The notes beneath the pieces are model-generated. The model did not search any database and was not told where the DNA came from. It saw only the letters and a list, made by a program, of their open reading frames with translations. Below are positions 50,649-64,000 of a stretch of 64,000 nt of DNA, piece after piece (position 1 is the stretch's first letter; each line of letters starts with the position of its first letter). This stretch comes from Octopus vulgaris (lineage: Eukaryota). The DNA is taken from the NCBI GenBank assembly GCA_951406725.2, contig OX597816.1, positions 24,738,001 to 24,802,000 on the forward strand, read 5' to 3'. The translations under genes were made by a program, and so were the position numbers.

Positions 50649-51490
50649 CCTTGGGCAAGTGTCTTCTACTATAGCCTCGGGCCGACCAATGCCTTGTGAG
50701 TCGATTTGGTAGACGGAAACTGAAAGAAGCCCGTCGTATTTATGTATATAGTTATGTATGTATTCTGTGTTTGTACCCCAACATCACTTGACAACCGATG
50801 CTGGTGTGTTTACGTCCCCGTCACTTAGCTGTTTGGTGAGAGAGACCGATAGAATCAGTGCTAGGCTTACAAAGAATAAGTCCTGCGGTAGATTTGGTCG
50901 ACTAAAGGCGGTGCCCCAGCATGGCCGCAGTCAAATGACTGAAACAAATAGAAGAATAAAAGAATATATATATGGAAGATCCTGAAAGATCTGGCTTTCA
51001 ACTTTGGGATTGACAACTATAACAACCACCGAACTGGACACCACCTGATAGTGCCAAAGGATTGTGGGACAAAAACCCCCATAGGTGCGAGTGGATTTTG
51101 TCTTGGGGGTTTTGTTCTGGGGGATTTTGTACTAGAGGTGTTTTGTCCGGACTCCGAACCGAGGATCCCGCTCTATTCATCGAGAGTAAGGACCTTGTTC
51201 TGTAACAGCTTCGGTTTCAAGGTTTCACAACACTCTGCCAACAACCCCAGGGATTTGCGACGTGTAAATATGGATGTGCTCAAGGAACATTTGAACAAAG
51301 TTTTATCTGAGGAATCAGAAGAACCCACATTGCGGCAGAAAACGCAAAGAAGAGCAGATGTGTTAAACTCGCTGCTTCCCGAGAAACTGTTTTGAAGAGA
51401 GAGCCGGGAAGAGAGTGTGAAATAAAAACCTGTCACAGGAAAGGCGTCACTCCAGCATGGCGGCAAGATTTGGCTGAAAACAGTAAATGT
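50240..51490 (+). mobile_element. Degenerate CR1-group LINE fragment with nested SINE (50480-50965) and small MITE (51066-51150)
   Basis: KKIDSVQQMSY.ERL...ERYAVVYI resumes as IWKIL after the SINE. Confidence 0.7.
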
Positions 51491-51499
51491 ATAAGTAAA

Positions 51500-52085
<586 letters not shown>

Positions 52086-52537
52086 TGTGCATTTGAAAGT
52101 TTGCCGTTCTATTGTTTATTGTCAACACGCCTTTCATATCCAGTGACCAAATGAATGCCCCTTGGAGATAAGTAAAAGTTTTTTTTTTTTCAACTCAGAA
52201 GCTTTTCAGCTGTCAAAGTGGAAGCATGCAACACTAACATGTCATCACATGTTGCAGTAACAATAACAAAACCAACAACTATTTATGAACAAGAGAGATA
52301 TTATGTAGTCGTCCAACCTGCTAAAAAAACCTGTTGTTAAAGTGTACAGTACCCTCTTAAAAACTGCAGGTTACATTGGATTGTGTACTCTTAGGTACAC
52401 TGTGACACTATGTCCTTTTTACTTTAGTTGTTTTAGTCACTGGACTGTCGCTATGCTAGGGCTCCGCTTTGGAGGATTTAGTCTAGGGCTGGCCAACCTG
52501 AGGCCCGCGGGCTGCATGCGACTCGCAGACTTTTATC

Positions 52538-53378
52538 GGACCTTTACCTTTTGACCGACAGATTAAAAAAATATTTTTTTAAAACTAAACTCTTTCAAAC
52601 TTCGTATACTTGTAGAATGTGTCACATAAAACATCTTTTACTCGTGGCGTTGTTGAGAAAATTCTGTATTTTGGAAGTTATTTCTTGTTAAAGTTGTCGT
52701 ATTTCGGTAATTTCAACCAATAAATGGCGTGTATTCAGCTGAATAAAATTACTGCCGTTGTTTGTCAACAAAAACTTCCAGCGGTGTATATTTCGTTTGT
52801 CATTGTTATTTATGACATCGTTCGTACGTTTGTACTGGTTTTAGCTTTAAGATTTTAGGGTTAGGGTTAGTGTTTTTGGGTTAGGGCTTTAGGGCTAGGG
52901 TTAGAGTTTTAGGGTTACGGTTACGGTTTTAGGGTTAGGGTTAGAGTTAAGGTTTTAGGGTTAGGGTTAGGGTTGGGGATTGAGGGTTAGAGTACGGAAA
53001 AAATTTAAAATGAAGCACGAACGATTATGGCGGTACCATGAAGTAAACATGCTTCAGATACACTCGTTTATTCATACAAATGTAACTGAGATGAAACATG
53101 TCATAAATAACAGTGACAAACAAAATATACACCGCCGATAGATGTTGTTGACAAACAACAACAGTAATTTTATTTAGCTGAATACACGTCATTGATTGGT
53201 TGAAATCACCGAAATACGACAACTTTAACAAGAAATAACTTCCAAAATACAGAATTTTCTCAACAACGCCAAGAGTAAAAGATGTTTTATGTGACACATT
53301 CTACAAGTATACGAAGTTTGAAAGTGTTTAATTACAAAAGATTATTTTTTAAATCTGTCGGTCAAAAGGTAAGGATCC
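52538..53378. mobile_element. Palindromic MITE with central degenerate (TTAGGG)n and 8-bp TSD
   Basis: About 275-bp inverted arms; CTTTTATC at 52530-52537 and 53379-53386. Confidence 0.9.
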
Positions 53379-53839
53379 CTTTTATCTTGCGACCGCTTGA
53401 TACTTTCTTGAAATGGGTTTATCTGAACAAACATTTTAAAAATGTTATTAAAATTGATTGTAATGAAAAGTAAAAAACGAAAGATACTACTGTTTTTGCA
53501 ACACTAATATTTCATATTGAATCAACGACCATTCATTCATTATTGTAATAATCTTTTCTATTATAGGCACAAAACCTGAAATTTGGGGGAGAGGGATAAT
53601 CGATTACATCGACCGCAGTACTCAACTGGTACTTATTTTATCGACACCGAAAGGATGAAAGGTAAAGTCAACCTCGGCGGAATTTGAACTCAGCATCGTC
53701 CAGTCTGTGCGGATTAATAATAATAATGATGATAATAATAATAATAATAATGATAATAATAATAATAATAACAACAATAACAACAACAACATCGAAAAAT
53801 ACCTTAGGAATGAGAACCCAGGTTCGAAATTTCCCCCAA

Positions 53840-53882
53840 GACACCCGAAGAAGGCTGGAGGGTATATCAGCCGAAATGTGTT
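53840..53882 (+). ncRNA. Degenerate minimal hammerhead (U4C, stem III lost) in a Penelope-like fragment (about 53790-53970)
   Basis: ACAC-CCGAAGA-A-GGCUG gaggguauau CAGCC-GAAA-U-GUGU. Confidence 0.5.
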
Positions 53883-54544
53883 AACAACAAACAAGATGAG
53901 GACAAATATCCATCAAATGTAAATAATGTAAATAATGTACATAATTCCCCATCTCTTAAATATAGAACTACAATAGACCATTGTTTCGATATTATAGCCA
54001 TAAATTCACGTTTCAATACCTGCTGTGACATTTCAGAAAGGTTTTATCGATAGTATTCGAACGATCAAATAGCTCCAGAATGATTGTAATTAGGTTCTCA
54101 TTCATTTGTTAAAAGACATTTCAAATTTCGCAGCATCACGATCCATCTTTAATCTATTAAAGTCATGTTGCACGTCCTTCTGAAACTTCACAGACTGTCA
54201 AGCATCGACTTATACGGATCATAGCCATGTGATCCGTATAAGTCGATGCTTATGCAATGAGATCGTCGTTCGTTGCCATAGAAGGTCGTCTAGATTTGGG
54301 ATTTTCTTAGATGTGTTTCTTTCTCATTTTAAACGCTGTTATCAATCATGATGTTATGTACAGTTCTTAAACCGTCCTCTGATGGGCTTGTCACATCATT
54401 AGAAAAGTTTTCGTAAACGTCTTTATTTTTTCAGTTTGAGACAGGATTTCGCAGAAACCGGTCGTTCCGTTCTTCCAGTTCTTTTGTTCTTCAACAAAAG
54501 TCGTCCTTGTGTATTTTCCTCAGAAAGTTCTATTGTGAACTTAC

Positions 54545-54556
54545 TCAAGCGAATGT
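54545..54556 (-). CDS. Candidate 12-nt micro-exon
   Basis: TTCCTATTTTGTTTTTCAG|ACATTCGCTTGA|GTAAGT, near-consensus sites on both sides. Confidence 0.3.
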   Translation of the reverse strand, partial: TFA

Positions 54557-54899
54557 CTGAAAAACAAAATAGGAATTTTGAAAGAAGTACCTATAAAAAT
54601 TAGTTTAACACTTTGGAGACAGGGTCTCATTTGGAGTTTCAGTGCCAAGAGGGCGGAAACCTTTTCACAAGCATGCGCTTATTTAAAAAAAAAAAAAGAT
54701 TATAAAAAAATAAAGGCGTAGGAGTGGCTGTGTGGTAAGTAGCTTGCTTACGAACCACATAGTTCCGGGTTCAGTCTCACTGCGTGGCACCCTGGGCAAG
54801 TGTCTACTACTATAGCCTCGGGCCGACCAAAGCCTTGTGAGTGGATTTGGTAGACGGAAACTGAAAGAAGCCCGTCTTATATATGTATACATACATACA

Positions 54900-54962
<63 letters not shown>

Positions 54963-55232
54963 TTGTTTGTGTGTCTGTGTTTGTCCCCCCAACATCGCTT
55001 GACAACCGATGCTGGTGCTTTTACGTCCCCGTAACATAGCGGTTCGGCAAAAGAGACCGATAGAATAAGTACTAGGCTTACAAAGAATAAGTCCTGGGGG
55101 TCGACTTGCTCGACTAAAGGCGGTGCTCCAGCATGGCCACAGTCAAATGACTGAAACAAGTAAAGAGCATGCATACATACACACATACATACATACATAC
55201 ATACATACATACATACATACATACATACATAC

Positions 55233-55265
<33 letters not shown>

Positions 55266-55393
55266 AATAAATGAAAGAATGGAGTTGATCTCTGCCCTTG
55301 GCATGTAGCTTCAACCGTGTTTTTCTGACGTGAATTTGCTACCCAGGTATCGGTTAACCGAATTATCCATACTAAGATAATTCATTCAACTAG

Positions 55394-55440
<47 letters not shown>

Positions 55441-56525
55441 CATACATGCAAATAAACAAATACATACACGTACCCGCGCGCACAGATCTAAATCGCAAGA
55501 TGTAGGGTAGGTACCTGAATACATATAGATAATGGATATATATATAATGCCTACATAGCTGGCTAGATTGATATATAAGTTAATCGCGTTGATTGTCTTG
55601 ATTCTCCGCCCCAGAAGACAGCAAGAAAGCCATTGTTAATTAAAGGCGATAAAACAAACTACTTAGTTGACCCTTTCCGTAGTATTGTCTTATAGGGGAA
55701 GAGGCCCCTTTCCCGAGACAATCAAACACACACACACAATTTTAGCAGCTTGAACACGCCTACTTGGTGCCAATAATTGAAAGTTTATCGCGGAGGAACA
55801 GAGGGAGGTCGATATGTAAGTATGTGTGTGTGTGTGTGTATGTATTTGTGTATGTGTGCGTGAGTGCGTACACACACACACACACGTATACATATATGGA
55901 AACGTCATGGCTGGAACCTCCCTCATTTTGGATCTGGAACTTGCATTGGATCGTGAACCTGCATGTTGTTGTGCATGGGTATACATTAACATAACATGCA
56001 CATATGTGCAGGAGTGGCTGTGTGGTAAGTAGCTTGCTAACCAACCACATGGTTCCGGGTTCAGTCCCACTGCGTGGCATCTTGGGCAAGTGTCTTCTGC
56101 TATAGCCCCGGGCCGACCAATGCCTTGTGAGTGGATTTGGTAGACGGAAACTGAAAGAAGCCTGTCGTATATATGTATATATATGTATATATATGTGTGT
56201 GTGTTTGTGTGTCTGTGTTTGTCCCCCTAGCATTGCTTGACAACCGATGCTGGTGTGTTTACGTCCCCGTCACTTAGCGGTTCGGCAAAAAAGACCGATA
56301 GATTAAGTACTGGGCTTACAAAGAATAAGTCCCGGGGTCGAGTTGCTCGACTAAAGGCGGTGCTCCAGCATGGCCGCAGTCAAATGACTGAAACAAGTAA
56401 AAAAAAAATGTATATTTATATGTATGTGTGTAAATTTGTGTATATGTATATGTGGATATATGAATATGTCCTATATGCACGAGTATGTATGGGTGTATTT
56501 GTAAATGGTATACAGTAATCCCTGA

Positions 56526-56839
56526 GGAGGCGCAATGGCCCAGCAGTTAGGGCAGCGGACTTTCGGTCGGAGGATCGCGGTTTCGATTCCCAGACCGGGC
56601 GTTGTGTGTGTTTATTGAGCGAAAACACCTAAAGCTCCACGATGCTCTGGCAGGGGGTGGTGGCGACCCCTGTTGTACTTTTTCGCCCCTAACTTTCTCT
56701 CACTCTTTCTTTGTTTCTTGGGTAACGCTGCGATGGACTGGCGTCCTGTCCAGCTGGGGGGAACACATACGCCACAGAAACCGGGAAACCGGGCCCATGA
56801 ACCTGGCTAGGCTTGAAAAGGGCGTAAGAATACAAGAAG
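56526..56839 (+). mobile_element. tRNA-derived V-domain-like SINE; copies 27778-28055, 33815-33930(-), 43221-43410
   Basis: TGGCCCAG..GTTAG box A, GTTTCGATTCCC box B, CTGCGATGGACTGGCGTCCTGTCCAG central motif; flanked by a 16-bp TSD. Confidence 0.8.
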
Positions 56840-56840
56840 A

Positions 56841-57054
56841 TACAGTACTCCCTGAACTATCGCGAGTGTTGCGTTCCAAAAAACCCCGCGATAGGTGGAA
56901 ATCTGTGAACTAGAAACAGAACTGTGTATTTTTTAAAATTATTTTTATAATTCGTATATATTTATTTTATTATAAATGCAAAACAACACAACAGCGGTAA
57001 GCTTAAATAATAAACCGCGATAGGCGAATCGCAATATGGCGTGGGATTATTGTA
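56841..57054. mobile_element. Tigger/pogo-like MITE
   Basis: TA-CAGTA.TCCC...GGGATTATTG-TA ends, internal CCGCGATAGG repeats. Confidence 0.7.
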
Positions 57055-57152
57055 TATACGGATGTGCAAAAGCGGATCCTCACTTGGTGTCCTGAATATT
57101 AAAATACTTTGATTATAACGAATCTTATAAATTGTATGTATGTATTTATGTA

Positions 57153-57201
<49 letters not shown>

Positions 57202-57319
57202 TGCTGAGGTCGACTTTACCTTTCATCCTTCCGGGGTTGATTAAATAAGTACAAGTTGAAGACTTACCCCCTCCCCCGAAATTGTTGGCCTTGTGCCAAC
57301 ATTTACAATCAATATTATT

Positions 57320-57778
57320 GTCAAAATCATCATCAACAGCGTTGACAACAAGCAACAAGCAATATTAATATCGCCCACATTAACATCATCATCATCATCA
57401 CCATCATCATCAAAATCAACATTCGCATCAAAAACATTATCAACAACTAAAACAACATTAGCATCCATCGGCACCATCATTAATATCAATAATATCAGCA
57501 ATAGCAACTTCATCATCATCACCACCACCACCACCACCACCACCACCACCGCCGCCATGATCATCAGCATCAGCATCATCATCATCATCATCAACAACAA
57601 CAACAACAATGACAATAACAACAGCAACGACGTTGTCCGCCTCATCATTATCAACAATAACAACTTCACCCTCCTCCTCCACCTCCTCCTCCACCTCCTC
57701 CTCCTCCTCCTCCTCCTCATCATCATCAATCATCATCACCACCACCACCACCACTACCACCACCACCATCATCATCAT

Positions 57779-57834
<56 letters not shown>

Positions 57835-57887
57835 CCACCACCACCACCACCTGCACCATCATCATCATCACCACCACCACCATCATC

Positions 57888-57939
<52 letters not shown>

Positions 57940-58175
57940 ACAATGACAATAACAACAGCAACGACGTCCTCTCCCTACTCATCATTATCAACAATAACAT
58001 CAACTTCTCCATCCTCCTCATCATCACCATCATCAACAACAACAGCAACACCAACACCAACAAGTAAAATACGAAAAACAATTAAAGGATCTCCATTTCG
58101 AGATGACAAAGCCTGGAATCATCATCATAGACATAGCCAGTCGACAAACGTAGATAGTGCTGCTGCCGCTGCTGC

Positions 58176-58262
<87 letters not shown>

Positions 58263-58264
58263 GG

Positions 58265-58295
<31 letters not shown>

Positions 58296-58498
58296 CAGTG
58301 ATGTTGAATTAGTGATGACAGAATTGATACGCCGCACCTGTAGAATTAGAGAAAGTTGTCGCGGTGGGAGGGATTTACAAGTTAGGGTGGTGTCTGATGG
58401 GGGTGGGGTGAGGGTGGCGAGGTGGGGTGGGGTGTATGTGGAGGGTGGGGGGCTCGGGTGGTAGGGGTAGGTGAGGGCGAGGGGAAGGAGAATAGGGA

Positions 58499-58544
<46 letters not shown>

Positions 58545-58611
58545 TCATGTGCGCAGCGCGAGTATGTGTAGATGCTGTGTATGTCTATATGTGTGTGTGT
58601 GTGTTCAGTAC

Positions 58612-58652
<41 letters not shown>

Positions 58653-59488
58653 GAAAGAAAGAGAGAGAGAAAGAGAGAGAAAGAGAGAGAATGAGAGAGA
58701 AAGAGAGAGAATGAGAGAGAATGAGAGAGAAAGAGAGAGAAAGAGAGAAAGAGAGAAAGAAAGAAAGAGAGAGAGAAAGAGAGAAAGAGAGAAAGAGAGA
58801 AAGAAAGAAAGAAAGAGAGAAAGAGAGAAAGAAAGAAAGAGAGAGAGAAAGAGAGAGAAAGAGAGAGAATGAGAGAGAATGAGAGAGAATGAGAGAGAAA
58901 GAGAGAGAAGAGAGAAAGAGAGAGAAAGAGAGAGAAAGAGAGAGAATGAGAGAGAAAGAGAGAGAAAGAGAGAGAATGAGAGAGAATGAGAGAGAAAGAG
59001 AGAGGGAGAAGGTGTATGCATGTGAAAGTGTGTATGTGCGTGTGCGCGCAAGAGCGTGTGAGGCCGTGTGTCTTTATGTGTGTGTGTGTGTGTGTGTGTG
59101 TGTATGAGTGTGCGTCTGTCGCTGACGTGTGTGCGTGTGTGTGTGTGTATGTGTGTGTGCGTATGTGTGTGCGTATGTGTATGTATGTATGTGTGTGTAT
59201 GTATGTGTGTATGTGTGTTTGAGTGTGTATGTGTACTTGAGTGTGTGTGTGTGTGTGTATGAGTGTGCGTATGTGTATGTATGTATGTGTGTGTATGTAT
59301 GTTAGTGTGTGTGTATGTGTGTGCTTGAGTGTGTGTGTGTGTGCTTGAGTGTGTGTGTGTGTGTATGAGTGTGCGTATGTGTATGTATGTATGTGTGTGT
59401 ATGTATGTGAGTGTGTGTGAATGTGTGCTTGAATGCGTGTGTGTGTGTGTGCTTGAGTATGTGTGTGCTTGAGCGTGTGTGTGTGTGT
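57320..59488. repeat. (CAT/CAC/AAC)n, (GTT)n, (GA)-rich and (GT)-rich microsatellite block
   Basis: Direct inspection. Confidence 0.95.
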
Positions 59489-59725
59489 CCGAAGGATTGT
59501 TTTACAGCGAACTGGCAGAAGGCAAGTGCACACATAAACATAATTGGACAAAGTGCTTCAAGGATACACTTAAAGCCTCACCGATGAGTTCTGAGATCAA
59601 CCCCGGCACTTGGCGAAGCTGCACCAACGGAGGTTTCACCTCCAACGAACAGAACAGGATTTCAAAGGCACAAAGAAGGGCCTTTCGTGTATGGATCGGA
59701 CTGATTATCTGCAGCCAGACACACT
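59480..59725 (+). mobile_element. RTE LINE 3' fragment
   Basis: PKGLFYSELAEGK....KCFKDTLKAS motif. Confidence 0.65.
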
Positions 59726-59729
59726 GTGC

Positions 59730-60500
59730 GGATCTTTTCCTTTTGAACGGCAGTTTTCAACACAATTACTAGTTAACTATAAACACTTTTAAACTTCGTA
59801 TACTGGTAGAATGTGTCAAAATAAAACATTTTTTTCTCTTGGCTTTCTTGAGAAAATTGTAATTTGTAAGTTTAACGTCGTTTAATTTTTCGAATTCTAA
59901 CCAATCGATGGCCTCTATTGAGCTAAAATCATTTCTGCGTCTAAAACTGAGACAACATCCTGTCACTGTTATGTTTACGTACGGAAAGCGTGTGTATAAA
60001 ATTATAGAATTATTTTGTTTGTTAATTGTTTAAATTATTTTCCATTGCTTTCGTTTTAGCCTTTCGTTTTTTTTTTCTTAAGCAATGGAAAATAGTTTAA
60101 ACAATACACGTGTATCTCAAAACAAAAACAAAACGAATTATTTTAGACACACTCGTAACAATTAAATTAATTTAACAATTAAGAAAAAAAAACCGAAAGG
60201 CTTAGGGTTTAGGGTTAGGGTTAGTGTTAGGGTTAGGGTTAGTGTTAGGGTTAGGGTTAGTGTTAGTGTTAGGGTTAGGGTTAGTGACAGGATGTTGTCT
60301 CAGTTTTAGACGCAGCAAATGATTTTAGCTCAATAGGGGTCATTGATTGGTTAAAATTCGAAAAGTTAAACTACGTTAAACTTACAAATTACAATTTTCT
60401 CAAGAAAGCCAAGAGAAAAAAATGTTTTATTTTGACACATTCTACCAGAATACGAAGTTTAAAAGTGTTTAGTTAACTAGAAATTGTGTTGAAAACTGCC
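59730..60500. mobile_element. Palindromic MITE with central (TTAGGG/TTAGTG)n, right end truncated
   Basis: Arms closely resemble 17312-17820; telomere-like tract at about 60201-60285. Confidence 0.85.
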
Positions 60501-60551
60501 TTGTCTTCTCCCATGTGATGTCTTCGTTCATCGTCGACAATAACGGACGAA

Positions 60552-62977
<2,426 letters not shown>

Positions 62978-64000
62978 TAAAACACTCGCAAAACATTAAT
63001 AAAAACACCTGTTTTAAAAACAAAAAGGCACAATAAATAAATAAAAAACACATATTTAAGGTGGCTCTTAAGGTGGCATCCCCACCAGCCCTGCCGCGCA
63101 CACACACATCTAACCCCTTCGAAATTAAGAAGTGAGATAGGATGGGATGAGATGGGATGGGTCGGTTTAGTCAGATTTTTTTGTTTTTATCAGGCACGTA
63201 GCATTTCACTTTGATCTCTTACCGACCGACACAGGTAGACTAATTTAGATTAATAATAATAAGAATAAGAATAATCCTTTCTACTATAGGCACAAGGCCT
63301 GAAATTGTGTGTGTTTGGGTGGGGGGCAGTTGAAAATTCTAACTGGGCCCCCATCTGCAAGGTCATGTGCTGTTTATTTTGATATGAGATCACCATGTCG
63401 TGCACAAATGATTGTGATACTTGTGCCTGGTGTACCCTTATCAGACGGGTAGCCATGATGGGTATACTGGGCTTTGTATATTTGTACCCCAGTGTCACTT
63501 TGATGGCATGCACTGCCCTCTCACTCAATAATAATAATAATAATCATAATTTACTCCGTTTTTGTATCTGGTTTGCAAGATTCCTTATGTGAATTCGTGT
63601 GTTGAAACAAACTTTATTGTGTCTGGGGAGAGCCATAGAGCCTTAATATAACACACCGGTTTAATTCCCACTCGTTTTTTTATTGCTCACAAGGGGCTAA
63701 ACGTAAGGGGGACAAACAAGGACAGACAGAGGGATTAAGTCGATTATATCGACCCCAGTGCGTAACTGGTACTTATTTAATCGACCCCCGAAAGGATGAA
63801 AGGCTAAGTCGACCTTGGCGGAATTTGAAATCAAGAACGTAACGGCAGACGAAATACCTATTTCTTTATTACCCACAAGGGGCTAAACACAGAGGAGACA
63901 AACAAGGACAGACATAGGTATTAAGTCGATTACATCGACCCCAGTGCGTAACTGGTGCTTAATTTATCGACCCCAAAAGGATGAAAGGCAAAGTCGACCT

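Noticed and set aside
52855-52992. TTAGGG tract as a true telomere or fusion site
   Set aside because: Degenerate, short and enclosed within MITE arms bounded by a TSD.
54372-54468. CTGATG...GCAGAAACCGGTC possible long-stem-II hammerhead
   Set aside because: Core incomplete and stem I does not pair; at most a decayed relic.
58125-58337. Strong minus-strand acceptor followed by a poly-Thr ORF
   Set aside because: No convincing donor, and most of the ORF is a (GTT)n microsatellite.

Overview
Repeat-rich animal genomic DNA. The SINE families and microsatellite load point to an octopod cephalopod (Octopus-like; this is inference). Two genes could be spliced by hand with consistent intron phases. 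HAUS6 (augmin subunit 6) lies on the minus strand with 9 coding exons from the ATG at 22831, running off the window start. SDHAF4 lies on the plus strand (23506-23551 + 32184-32473, 111 aa). The two are head-to-head, with 674 bp between start codons. A weaker third minus-strand gene model with micro-exons may span 35.4-57.1 kb. The rest is transposon debris: tRNA-derived SINEs, RTE/CR1/Tx1/CRE LINE fragments, mariner, hAT, piggyBac-like, Tigger-like and Merlin-like MITEs, small Helitrons and long microsatellites. The most notable signal is a set of minimal type I hammerhead ribozyme motifs. One sits in an ORF-less 358-nt, 1.4-mer retrozyme-like element (37793-38300). Its 3' structured domain is conserved, with compensatory changes, in a divergent relative inside a HAUS6 intron (3720-3920). 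Most ORFs in the supplied track are artefacts of repeats.
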